Positions 7,487 to 15,724 of a stretch of 50,679 nucleotides of DNA are shown here, piece by piece; position 1 is the stretch's first letter, and every line of letters starts with the position of its first letter. The stretch is taken from positions 1 to 50,679 of the IMG/VR virus record IMGVR_UViG_3300033153_003782. One strand, given 5' to 3'. A program made the position numbers and the translations under genes. Below the pieces are notes generated by a model that was not told the DNA's origin, ran no database searches, and saw only the letters and a list, made by a program, of their open reading frames with translations. The DNA comes from a virus. Taxonomy: Duplodnaviria > Caudoviricetes.

Positions 7487-7680
7487 TATTTACCCCCAGC
7501 GTGGGCGGATACGGCCCGCCAGTTACGCTGCACGGCCAGCCCCGCGCGGTCAATGTCGCGGCGCCCCTGCTCGTAGTCCTGCAGAGTACGGACCGAGACG
7601 GCCAGCTTATCTGCAAATTCTGTTTGTGTTAATCCAAGGGCGCGGCGAACCGTGCCCACATTTAGCGGTTGTTTTTTCAT
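7486..7680 (-). CDS. XRE-family helix-turn-helix protein
   Basis: VRRALGLTQTEFADKLAVSVRTLQDYEQGRR. Confidence 0.85.
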   Translation of the reverse strand: MKKQPLNVGTVRRALGLTQTEFADKLAVSVRTLQDYEQGRRDIDRAGLAVQRNWRAVSAHAGGK

Positions 7681-7704
7681 TGCGTTTGCTCCTAGTTAGG
7701 TGAT

Positions 7705-8079
7705 TTAATTATCGAACCAGAAGACACATCGCTCGTCGTCTTCTAGGTTTTTTATAAGGTCTTGGAAATACGGCCCGCCATGAGCGACCGCTTCGGCTTT
7801 CGTTATGTGCCCCGGCGTGTGTCCATCATAACCCCAGTAAAGTTCGTAGTGTGCCTTGACTTCCGGCGAGACGTCCGGGGGCATATCACTAAAGTGGAGT
7901 TGCACTCCACGACCCCGAACACCGGCCAAAGCGGTAAAAAACGCATACCCACGTTCACTATCAAACTGGCACACCTCGACGTGTGGGTGGTACTCGTCCG
8001 GGTCTTGAACCCACGTGTCGACCGATAGCCATTTCCCGTCGATTTTCTTCTCTTTAAACATGTGTATGTCACAGCCCAT
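7705..8079 (-). CDS. Conserved phage hypothetical protein
   Basis: MGCDIH N-terminus, LAGVR and WFDN C-terminus recur in phage proteins. Confidence 0.75.
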   Translation of the reverse strand: MGCDIHMFKEKKIDGKWLSVDTWVQDPDEYHPHVEVCQFDSERGYAFFTALAGVRGRGVQLHFSDMPPDVSPEVKAHYELYWGYDGHTPGHITKAEAVAHGGPYFQDLIKNLEDDERCVFWFDN

Positions 8080-8188
8080 TTAGTACTCCAGTTGTAAATA
8101 TTATTATTAGTAAAGTTAAAAGGACGGCGCCGCCGATTAGGGCCGCGGCTCCTTGCGTTATGGTTGGTTGATAGTTAAAATTGCGCAT
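8069..8188 (-). CDS. 39-aa single-TM peptide (not in ORF track)
   Basis: AAALIGGAVLLTLLIIIF; fills intergenic gap. Confidence 0.45.
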   Translation of the reverse strand: MRNFNYQPTITQGAAALIGGAVLLTLLIIIFTTGVLNGL

Positions 8189-8189
8189 G

Positions 8190-8414
8190 TTAGAAGCGCT
8201 CTACATTTTTAAGGCTGGGGTAAAAATTAGCCAGTGATTTTTTAATTCTGCGAGACTCTTCGGCGTTGTAATGTCCGGTAAAAAATTCTTTCATTTCTTC
8301 CGGTGTCATTTCGTAACTTAGATTTTCAAAAGCGAGCTCGTTATACTCGGACTTGATCCACTCGGCGCACAGGCTGTTAGTATGGATTCCGATATTTGCG
8401 ATTAGTTCGTTCAT
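8190..8414 (-). CDS. Hypothetical protein
   Basis: AAGGA SD after promoter cassette. Confidence 0.75.
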   Translation of the reverse strand: MNELIANIGIHTNSLCAEWIKSEYNELAFENLSYEMTPEEMKEFFTGHYNAEESRRIKKSLANFYPSLKNVERF

Positions 8415-8458
8415 AATAAGTTTTCCTTGTGGCTTAATTGCCGGTTGCTTATGTAGGT

Positions 8459-8487
8459 ATAATACTACGGCCCGGCCGTACCGTCAA
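8459..8487 (-). promoter_or_regulatory. Class I promoter TTGACG-N17-TATTAT, palindrome 8466..8480
   Basis: Recurrent motif; leader shared with cassettes 1-3. Confidence 0.85.
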
Positions 8488-8505
8488 GCCCTATGGCAAA
8501 GTTTT

Positions 8506-8754
8506 TTAAAAAGTTCTCTTAGTGCTGAATTTTATTCCTGTTGAACAAAAACCCATGTCGTGTATAATTTCAGACTTGGATATGTCAAAGTAAGACACAA
8601 TGGTGCGCAACACCTCTGGTCGTCTATTTACGTCGAATGGATAGCGTACATTTATGCGGACTCTAGCCACGTCGAGTATTTCCTGCATTTCGTCCATTGA
8701 GATTTTCAGGTTGTAGTGCTGTATTACTTCCTGCTTAGTTTTTGATAATTCCAT
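8506..8754 (-). CDS. Hypothetical protein
   Basis: TAATG coupling with upstream gene. Confidence 0.65.
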   Translation of the reverse strand: MELSKTKQEVIQHYNLKISMDEMQEILDVARVRINVRYPFDVNRRPEVLRTIVSYFDISKSEIIHDMGFCSTGIKFSTKRTF

Positions 8755-8966
8755 TATACGCCCCAGTTTTGTTTAAAAACTAACTTACAGTCGGCTAGTG
8801 TTGTGCAGGTCTCGTTGCCGTGGGGCATCTCTACGCGCCACTTTAAATTTTTTGTGTACTCGGTGCCGCTGAACTGGGAAAGGTCCTGACAGTCGGCCGT
8901 CACGCCGTTTAAAGTTAGCTTGTACCAGCCGGTGCCGACTTTCTTCGTTTCAATTTCGTTTTTCAT
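8754..8966 (-). CDS. Hypothetical protein
   Basis: GGAG SD after promoter. Confidence 0.75.
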   Translation of the reverse strand: MKNEIETKKVGTGWYKLTLNGVTADCQDLSQFSGTEYTKNLKWRVEMPHGNETCTTLADCKLVFKQNWGV

Positions 8967-8994
8967 TGGGTAAAGCTCCGTTTAGTTATGCCCT

Positions 8995-9023
8995 ATGATA
9001 CTACGGCCGAGCCGTACCGTCAA
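8995..9023 (-). promoter_or_regulatory. Class I promoter TTGACG-N17-TATCAT, palindrome 9002..9016
   Basis: Nearly identical to the 6336..6392 segment. Confidence 0.85.
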
Positions 9024-9026
9024 GCC

Positions 9027-9191
9027 CTACGGCAAAGTTTCTTTATATTTCTTTAACGCCTCGGAAATCTCGGACTTTGTCATCGGCTCGTTTGCGCACT
9101 GTGGCGGCTCTTTGTCTGATAGATCCCAGCGTACGCCGCACGTGCGGCAAACGTTCTCCTGACCTATAACTGTTAGGTCACAATCACTCAT
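9027..9191 (-). CDS. 54-aa Cys-containing protein (not in ORF track)
   Basis: MSDCDL...CRTCGVRWD...PPQC. Confidence 0.55.
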   Translation of the reverse strand: MSDCDLTVIGQENVCRTCGVRWDLSDKEPPQCANEPMTKSEISEALKKYKETLP

Positions 9192-9456
9192 TCTCTACAC
9201 CGACTTTTGATATTAAATTTGCCCGGACTTTAGCCATCGAGATTTCCAATTGTTTAAGGCCCTCTAAGTTCAGGAACTCAAACACAAGGATTAATTCCTT
9301 GCCATGATCTTTAGGAATTTCATCACCAGCTTTCAACCCCTCGTCAAGGCGAAATATACCGATTGATTCAACGCCAGCACATGTAGTTCCTACCCCAAAA
9401 CCAATAACACCCTCGCCAATGGTTATTATCGGTACTTTATCTAAGTTTTTGTGCAT
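9184..9456 (-). CDS. Hypothetical protein
   Basis: GAGGTG SD. Confidence 0.7.
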   Translation of the reverse strand: MHKNLDKVPIITIGEGVIGFGVGTTCAGVESIGIFRLDEGLKAGDEIPKDHGKELILVFEFLNLEGLKQLEISMAKVRANLISKVGVENE

Positions 9457-9511
9457 TATTTGTCACCTCGTCTTTTGCAGGTAGTTTTTTTTTTACCTTT
9501 TATTAAACTCA

Positions 9512-9889
9512 TTAAAACGGTACTCCTGTTTCGATGTATCTTATAACGTCCTCGTTAAAGTGTACATCCGTTAATAGATTCTCTACGAAATTATGCGCGA
9601 GCCGGTCGTACGCGCCGACGCATGGCCGACCCGCCTCGCGCACCCCGGCGAGCCGTTCAAGCGCGTTTGTGAACATCGCCCGGTCTAACTTGCGTGGGTG
9701 CATCGCGTAGAGCGCGGACCACCACATCGGATTAACCGACACGGCGACGCGTACGTTGTGGCCTTCGTGTCTCGGCTCGGGTGCCGGCATTAATCCGACC
9801 TCCAGGCGTTCGCTCGCAAGGTCCATTAAAAGGTCAAGCGCCACCAGTTCGTAGTGCTTCCGCAAGTGGTCCGGCGTGTCTCTTAGCAT
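9512..9889 (-). CDS. Hypothetical protein
   Basis: Part of overlapping ORF chain. Confidence 0.65.
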   Translation of the reverse strand: MLRDTPDHLRKHYELVALDLLMDLASERLEVGLMPAPEPRHEGHNVRVAVSVNPMWWSALYAMHPRKLDRAMFTNALERLAGVREAGRPCVGAYDRLAHNFVENLLTDVHFNEDVIRYIETGVPF

Positions 9890-10065
9890 TGGGCGCTCTT
9901 AACAAAAATTACGCTCGTCCGGTCCGTTCGGTGCTGTGAGAAACAATCATTTACTGAGACCTCCGCCGGGCACTTCCGGCCGGCTCTGAGGAAATGGCAG
10001 CCGTTGCAGCCCTCGCGGACCTCGGCGGCCGTGAAGCCCTCCGGCGCCTCGTTCGGGTCTAACAT
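9883..10065 (-). CDS. Small Cys-rich phage protein
   Basis: CNGCHF...C....R.D..SVIF motif. Confidence 0.65.
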   Translation of the reverse strand: MLDPNEAPEGFTAAEVREGCNGCHFLRAGRKCPAEVSVNDCFSQHRTDRTSVIFVKSAQC

Positions 10066-10232
10066 GTTGCGAGGTCCTTCGCTCTAATGATCGGCGATTT
10101 TCTGTAAGTGTAGCCCCGGTCGAGTGTTGGCCATGTGGCAGAGATTGCGGCGCGGCTTGCCTTGCGCTTTGCTGTAGCTTTGTCGCTGGCGGCTATGTCG
10201 GCTTTTAGTTCGTTAAGTTCTTGCTGTGTCAT
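10059..10232 (-). CDS. 57-aa hypothetical protein (not in ORF track)
   Basis: GGAG SD after class I promoter; MTQQELNELK... Confidence 0.7.
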   Translation of the reverse strand: MTQQELNELKADIAASDKATAKRKASRAAISATWPTLDRGYTYRKSPIIRAKDLATC

Positions 10233-10259
10233 GTCGTTGTCTCCGTTTAGTTATGCTCT

Positions 10260-10288
10260 ATAGTACTACGGCCGAGCCGTACCGTCAA
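10260..10288 (-). promoter_or_regulatory. Class I promoter TTGACG-N17-TACTAT, palindrome 10267..10281
   Basis: Recurrent motif. Confidence 0.85.
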
Positions 10289-10556
10289 GCCCTAAATTAT
10301 TCTCTTTCAATATTTTATTTGCGAACGCCTCGCCCGCTCCGTAATACCGGCATTTATTTGGGTTAACCGGGACGGCCATTATCGCCCGCGCCCGCTCCTT
10401 ACTGATCGCAGGCTCACGGCGTGCGACCCGTGGCGGCCGTAGCGCGTGCCGTCGGCTATCCCCTGCGGCCAGTCGCGACCGGTACGTCTCGCAGTTCACC
10501 TTACACGCGTCGAGCGCCACAATATCACAAATCCGCATGTCGTCCAGTGCCGGCAT
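10266..10556 (-). CDS. Hypothetical protein (start reassigned to MPALDD)
   Basis: TAATG coupling to upstream ORF; 3' end overlaps the promoter. Confidence 0.55.
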   Translation of the reverse strand: MPALDDMRICDIVALDACKVNCETYRSRLAAGDSRRHALRPPRVARREPAISKERARAIMAVPVNPNKCRYYGAGEAFANKILKENNLGLDGTARP

Positions 10557-11014
10557 TACTCGCAGCCCCAGTTGACTTTTAACTCTTCGCCGATCCAAGA
10601 GACGGCCGGGTCGGTGACTCGTAGCCCCCCGAGCCTGTGCATATCGGGGCAGTACTCACCGATACACGGCGTGCCGTTAAGAATAAACGGGTAAAACTCG
10701 CCTTTGTTGAATTTTCGCTCCGGTATCTCATCGGGGCGGGCGGGGCGAAGGATAGGCCAGGTATTAATAGGGCTTATTTCAGAGCCTTTTATCACATAGC
10801 TAGTGAAACCATCGGACTCTTCGAGGAAGTACCACTTACCCGGCTCGATCACTAGGCGAATAACGAGATTATGGTCTAAGGGCGGCACGTGTATATTTAG
10901 CCAATAACCAGAGCTATGCTGAAATTCATACTTATAATTATCAAAATCGTGCTCGGCTTTCTGCTCGTCCGGTAAGTTCTTCCATTGTGTAAAATGTGGG
11001 TTGGTTTGGTTCAT
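10556..11014 (-). CDS. Hypothetical protein sharing a C-terminal domain with 14100..14459 and 14462..14881
   Basis: KFNKGEFYP...IGEELKVNW. Confidence 0.7.
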   Translation of the reverse strand: MNQTNPHFTQWKNLPDEQKAEHDFDNYKYEFQHSSGYWLNIHVPPLDHNLVIRLVIEPGKWYFLEESDGFTSYVIKGSEISPINTWPILRPARPDEIPERKFNKGEFYPFILNGTPCIGEYCPDMHRLGGLRVTDPAVSWIGEELKVNWGCE

Positions 11015-11155
11015 TGTATTTTCCCTGTTTTATTTATCTGTTGATACAGCCTTCACAGCCTTGTAAAAATATTAAAAATAACCATAAGCTTATAAGGCTG
11101 AGATCGGCCCGGACGCCCGCGCGCCAGCTTGCCACCGGGTCGTCATCATCGGCCA

Positions 11156-13474
11156 TTATTTAACCGGGGCCGGCAGCCCTTGCGCCGTCTCGTATATTTC
11201 CACCACCTCGCCACCGTCCAGCCCTTCGCGGGCGTCTTTGTGGTTACTCTTAATGAATAGCCGGGACTTGCCGCCGTCCATCGGGACAACCCGCGTAGAC
11301 CGGCCGGCGCGTAACGACGGGTGAGGCACGTACCCCATTAATTTCAACATGTCGCCTCTTTTGTTTAGTGGTACCTTCCGCTCGGCGCGTATTTCTTTGA
11401 GAAAATTGCCCAACTGGATACTTGATATCCACCCGTTACGGAAGCCAGGGCGGCCTTCCGCTATGGCCTCGCCTATCTCATGCTCGACCATTCCCGCGCT
11501 TGAGCGTATCGCCTCGGTCGTACTGGACGTCATCGGCGCGCGCTGGCATAACCTGGCGGGGTTCATTTCCGGCGGTATCGGTAGAGTATACAAATACTCC
11601 GCGACGAATGCGTGGCCGCCGTCAATGTTAAGCCAGTTATGTAGCTCGTCGAAGTACTCCGCCGTCATACCATCGCGGGCCAGGTCTTCGAATTCCTGCT
11701 GCGCTGTGTAGAACATAGCAAACCGGCGGTCATTCTTATTTTTTCTTATCGCGTCTTTGTGGTTACTGTTGAAAATGAAGTTACAGCATATCTGAACGGT
11801 CCGCGGGTCTTTGCCCTTCGGTTGGATCGCGGCGTAGGCCTCGGTTATCTTAGGTTTTAAGGATTCTATTAAATCCACCTTACCCGCGGCGTTTATGTCC
11901 TCCACAGGAATAAAAATATTCCCCGCAAGCCATGAGTTAAATTTATTATCCATGTCACCCGGGTCCACAAAATGGACGTACGGCATACCGACGGCTTGAG
12001 CCACACAAGTGGATAGAATCGACTTCCCGTTACCCTCTACCCCTTGGACGAGTGGCGCCCATTTAAATTTATAACCTTTGTGCTGGACAATTGCCGCCAT
12101 GTACGCGGTAAGCTGTTGGCGGTCGCGGGTGTTCGGTAAAAGCTTCTTAAGGTGATTAGTAAACGGCGTAACGTCCCCGACCCTGCGGTCCACGGGTAAC
12201 TCGCGGTAAGTGTTTACCAGTTTAGACCCTAGAAGGGTGATAACCTCGCCGGGTTCCGTATCGGGTCGGAAGCATGTTGACGCCACTTTCGAAAACTTAA
12301 CGGCCCGTGACTCGGTGAACACCTCAAAAGCTTTTGTTGTGGTCTTCTCGCTCTGCGCGTCCATGCTATAAATTCGGCCCCCATACGTCGCGTTAAATCT
12401 CGCGCTGTCCAGCTTCGACCCGTACGGCGTGAGGATGACGTTATCATCTTGGACGTAATGGTATCCTTTGAAAAGTCCCACCTGCTCAGGCGCTAGACAA
12501 TACATATCCGTCTTTGGCTCGTCACTGGCTGCCGGCTGGGCTGGCTTGGCTCGGTGCGTCTGGCTGTAGACGTTATCCTGCTTGTTTACGGCCTGCGTTA
12601 TCGTCCTTGTTAAGTAGCTCCCGTGGCTTTCCCACTTATCCCGGTTTAGCGCACTCTTAAGCATTATTTCGCGCATTCTTTCGTGGTTTTTACCAGTCCA
12701 GAAAGCGAGGCGCTGCGCGAGTGAAGCGTCGGCGCTCGATGCGTCGTAGGCTCTCGACCCGTAAACGTCCGGCCAGGCCTTGGATAGTGCGTCCTCGTCA
12801 CATTCGAATAAATCTTTGAACGTCACGCCCGTTCCGAATATGGACGCCGCGGACGACGTAGCACGGCAAGCGCGGGCTATTAAATCGTCGTCATCTTCCG
12901 GGCCGCTCCAATCCTCGACCGGCTCGTCGCGCCATTCCTCGGCTTCTGCGTACTCTGCAGGAGGAAAGTATTTTGTGGCCACTGAGGCCATAGCGGCGGA
13001 GTTTTCGATACTGGCGTCACCGACTGCCGAGCTGCCCGTCAAAGCGCAGTAACGGCCCTCGGTGTAGTACTCAATGCCAAGGGGTATATTTTTGCAACTG
13101 TGCGGAACGTGAGCGGCTTTTCCGATTATGTGTAGCCCCGTACCGCTTTGCGATACTTCAACGGCCGCGCCGGTTAGTGTCTGGCATAGCTCGTTAGCTA
13201 CTGGAGACCATTGGCCGGCGTTAAGTGCTTTGTCTATGTCCACAAAATAAAAGGGGTCGTGCGGGGTGAATACGAAGCCGACACCATGGCCAGTAGCTTC
13301 GGACGCTTGCAGCGCTTCGGCTGCTGGCATCCATGTCGAGGGGTTCTGGCCGTCTGAGTTGCGGCCCGTGGCGGGGTCGACGGGCATTTTATCCGTGCGG
13401 CGCCAGGTTATAAACTGTTTATATTCGGTGAGCGCGGCGAGTGGTCCGCCAGGCTGTAGTGCGGTTTTTAACAT
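11156..13474 (-). CDS. NrS-1-like primase-polymerase fused to SF3 (DUF5906/D5-like) helicase
   Basis: FVDID, EVSQSGTGLHII, EYY..GRYCALTG, DASSAD..L...LAFWTG helical bundle; Walker A GVEGNGKS; DRRF. Confidence 0.85.
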   Translation of the reverse strand: MLKTALQPGGPLAALTEYKQFITWRRTDKMPVDPATGRNSDGQNPSTWMPAAEALQASEATGHGVGFVFTPHDPFYFVDIDKALNAGQWSPVANELCQTLTGAAVEVSQSGTGLHIIGKAAHVPHSCKNIPLGIEYYTEGRYCALTGSSAVGDASIENSAAMASVATKYFPPAEYAEAEEWRDEPVEDWSGPEDDDDLIARACRATSSAASIFGTGVTFKDLFECDEDALSKAWPDVYGSRAYDASSADASLAQRLAFWTGKNHERMREIMLKSALNRDKWESHGSYLTRTITQAVNKQDNVYSQTHRAKPAQPAASDEPKTDMYCLAPEQVGLFKGYHYVQDDNVILTPYGSKLDSARFNATYGGRIYSMDAQSEKTTTKAFEVFTESRAVKFSKVASTCFRPDTEPGEVITLLGSKLVNTYRELPVDRRVGDVTPFTNHLKKLLPNTRDRQQLTAYMAAIVQHKGYKFKWAPLVQGVEGNGKSILSTCVAQAVGMPYVHFVDPGDMDNKFNSWLAGNIFIPVEDINAAGKVDLIESLKPKITEAYAAIQPKGKDPRTVQICCNFIFNSNHKDAIRKNKNDRRFAMFYTAQQEFEDLARDGMTAEYFDELHNWLNIDGGHAFVAEYLYTLPIPPEMNPARLCQRAPMTSSTTEAIRSSAGMVEHEIGEAIAEGRPGFRNGWISSIQLGNFLKEIRAERKVPLNKRGDMLKLMGYVPHPSLRAGRSTRVVPMDGGKSRLFIKSNHKDAREGLDGGEVVEIYETAQGLPAPVK

Positions 13475-13484
13475 TTTTGTGTCC

Positions 13485-13811
13485 CTACATACTAGCTATT
13501 AAAGTGGCGGCGTATGACTTGAGCGCGGCCGGCGCGCTCCGTGCGATTGGGCACTTATGGCAAAGCCCTTGCGCTATGATGCCCGGCGACTGTCTGGCTA
13601 TAGCCTCCCGCATTAGCGCGGCCTTGAAATCAGACATAGACCCGAAGGTATTCGACACGGTACCAGTAGCACAGCCGGCAGCGGTGGCGAGTTGCTCGCG
13701 TGTAATTTCACAATAATTTATATCCTGGGCTAGGTGGATCGCCGCGTCGAGTAACTCCACGCGGCCGACCGTGGCGTGCTCAAATTTCCCCGACCGCGTG
13801 TTCCTATTCAT
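13485..13811 (-). CDS. TetR-like HTH DNA-binding protein
   Basis: LLDAAIHLA...ITREQLATAAGCATGTVSNTFG. Confidence 0.7.
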   Translation of the reverse strand: MNRNTRSGKFEHATVGRVELLDAAIHLAQDINYCEITREQLATAAGCATGTVSNTFGSMSDFKAALMREAIARQSPGIIAQGLCHKCPIARSAPAALKSYAATLIASM

Positions 13812-14103
13812 CCAGGGCCGCCCGTAAGGTGTCGTGCAGGTTACTGCCCGCGTGGATTGAATTGTGTTCGTTGCTTTCCAAGTACTCCACGGCCTTGGCT
13901 ACCGCTTCCGCGCACGCCCTGAAAACTGGTTCGATATTATATATTTTCATTATTGGCGCGGGGTCATGGTCGAACGGGACCGCGTCGGCCACTACTGCGT
14001 CCTTCGCACGGGCGCAGTAGTAAAACTCACCCTCTAGCGGCTCGCGGAACTCTCCAGTATATTTAAAGCCTGGGACTATTGGCATATCCATTTTAATTTT
14101 CAT
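13804..14103 (-). CDS. Hypothetical protein
   Basis: ATGA coupling; TGEFREP..GEFY motif. Confidence 0.65.
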   Translation of the reverse strand: MKIKMDMPIVPGFKYTGEFREPLEGEFYYCARAKDAVVADAVPFDHDPAPIMKIYNIEPVFRACAEAVAKAVEYLESNEHNSIHAGSNLHDTLRAALDE

Positions 14104-14459
14104 GCCGGCCACACAATAGCTATGGCCTCGCCGATCGCGTCGAATTGGTTTACATGCATATGCTCTGGGCTCCCGTTCGTGTACTTTCTAAAAAGGTCAT
14201 CGTCTAAATACTCTAACACATACCGGGTCTGGCCGATGCGGCACGGATACCACACATTCTGTACAAAGTGCCGGACGGGCTTTCCGTCACGTTCTATTAG
14301 AGTAAACGCCCTTATGAGGTCCTCGATACTCGAGGTCTCAACGGCTAACTCTCCGTCGTCGAGAAACCAGTACGCGACGCGGCCGCCATGGACCCTAGCA
14401 ACGTTTAAATCCACTCCCTTATGCGACCAAACATCACCCGCTTTTACTGTCTCTGACAT
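14100..14459 (-). CDS. Hypothetical protein, tandem paralogue A (start MSETVKAGDVW)
   Basis: AAGGAG SD; 5' region identical to paralogue B. Confidence 0.75.
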   Translation of the reverse strand: MSETVKAGDVWSHKGVDLNVARVHGGRVAYWFLDDGELAVETSSIEDLIRAFTLIERDGKPVRHFVQNVWYPCRIGQTRYVLEYLDDDLFRKYTNGSPEHMHVNQFDAIGEAIAIVWPA

Positions 14460-14461
14460 AA

Positions 14462-14881
14462 TTAAATCTCCTTTTTTGTTACGGTGCATGCCGGCCACTG
14501 TACGCGTAGCGGCTCGCCGACGACTAGGCTCTCCAGCGCGTATGTTCCTAGCTCGCACTCAGAGCTTTTATATTGTAACAGCATAAATCTCTTAAGGCAT
14601 TTTTTATACATACCCACGTCTTTAGGTCGTTGGCCGGTGTTTAGCTTAACGCGGACGGCGTAGTAAACCCCGTCCTCAAATTCGCGGACGGGCTGGCCGT
14701 CGCGTTCTATGAGCGTGTACCTATGTGCGAAGGCCTCGGGGGCCATGTCCCCACAGAGCATAAGGCCCGTGTCAGTCAACCCCCAATATCCGACGAGGCC
14801 GCCGCTAACCTTAACAACGTTTTTTCTCGGCTCTTCGGGGATAATCGCCCAAACGTCGCCCACTTTTACTGTCTCTGACAT
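14462..14881 (-). CDS. Hypothetical protein, tandem paralogue B
   Basis: MSETVKVGDVW...TLIERDGQPVR...WPA. Confidence 0.75.
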   Translation of the reverse strand: MSETVKVGDVWAIIPEEPRKNVVKVSGGLVGYWGLTDTGLMLCGDMAPEAFAHRYTLIERDGQPVREFEDGVYYAVRVKLNTGQRPKDVGMYKKCLKRFMLLQYKSSECELGTYALESLVVGEPLRVQWPACTVTKKEI

Positions 14882-14907
14882 AATTAAATCTCCTTTTGTT
14901 GTGGTCT

Positions 14908-14935
14908 ATACTAGCACCGTTGACGGTAGCGTCAA
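14908..14935 (-). promoter_or_regulatory. Class II promoter TTGACG-N16-TAGTAT with palindrome ACCGT-CA-ACGGT
   Basis: Spacer TACCGTCAACGGTGC identical to that at 17400..17414. Confidence 0.7.
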
Positions 14936-15399
14936 GCCCCGCCGGTCGTAAAATTTGCGTCCCCGCCCAAACTGGACACCATTGTGAGAAAAGCCAGTTG
15001 CGCGACTTCCCGCTTCGTCCCAGCATATTTCCAGTCGCCGCGCTTTACTTCCCGCGCGACAAATTGGCCAATCGTCCGTCCCGTATGCTCCGGACCTATG
15101 AGCACAGGTTTAATGCCTATGAGGTCCGAGGACTTAAGCCGGCTATTCATCTGCGACGAGTCGTTAGCGAGCCCATAGCGCAGGAACGCGCCGTCCTTGG
15201 TGTATGTCGCGCCCACGTTATTACGCCACAGCCTCGAGCCGGCTTGGCTGGCTTGCAGTCGCACTTGTGTTTGGACCGCGGCCTCGCTCGCGCCGGGCAT
15301 CGCTGCCGCTTCCGGGTGTGCCATTCCTATCTGCTGCGCCAGGTCTTGTATCGCGGCGTTTGGTATGTTGTGGCGTATCGCCCAGTCGTGTAAATTCAT
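14932..15399 (-). CDS. VRR-NUC domain nuclease
   Basis: SEAAVQ, RLWRNNVG, SSDLIG, AREVK, Q..FL motifs. Confidence 0.85.
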   Translation of the reverse strand: MNLHDWAIRHNIPNAAIQDLAQQIGMAHPEAAAMPGASEAAVQTQVRLQASQAGSRLWRNNVGATYTKDGAFLRYGLANDSSQMNSRLKSSDLIGIKPVLIGPEHTGRTIGQFVAREVKRGDWKYAGTKREVAQLAFLTMVSSLGGDANFTTGGA

Positions 15400-15427
15400 T
15401 CCGTCCCCATTTATTTAAAGTTAAAAC

Positions 15428-15555
15428 CACTCAGCCACCGGAAAGGATCTCTACCGCCTTATACATCCAATGACCGAGGGTTACACCAAAAAAGCCCCGA
15501 TAGGATAATTAATCCTAGGGGGGCGATACAATTTCGACCGTTCAACGGCTGAGTG
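15428..15555 (-). ncRNA. Candidate structured RNA or attenuator
   Basis: 9-bp closing stem CACTCAGCC/GGCTGAGTG enclosing a terminator-like hairpin with a T6 tract. Confidence 0.35.
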
Positions 15556-15682
15556 AATCATCAGTCCTTATTGTTTTTTAATTCGCTACGTAACTTATAA
15601 GTTTCCCGCCAAAATTAACTAATGAGGAATTACGAATTTTCAACCCCGTTTTTGTTGTGCCCATTGTGGGCGGTGATTATGT

Positions 15683-15711
15683 ATAATACTACGGCTAGGC
15701 CGTACCGTCAA
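15683..15711 (-). promoter_or_regulatory. Class I promoter TTGACG-N17-TATTAT, palindrome 15690..15704
   Basis: Recurrent motif. Confidence 0.85.
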
Positions 15712-15724
15712 GTCCTTTTTAAAT

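Noticed and set aside
7486-7680. XRE protein as a toxin-antitoxin antitoxin or CI repressor
   Set aside because: No adjacent RelE/HigB-like toxin, no peptidase domain and no divergent cro arrangement
15428-15555. tRNA gene
   Set aside because: No T-loop GTTC motif in a cloverleaf context, and the stem spacing is too long
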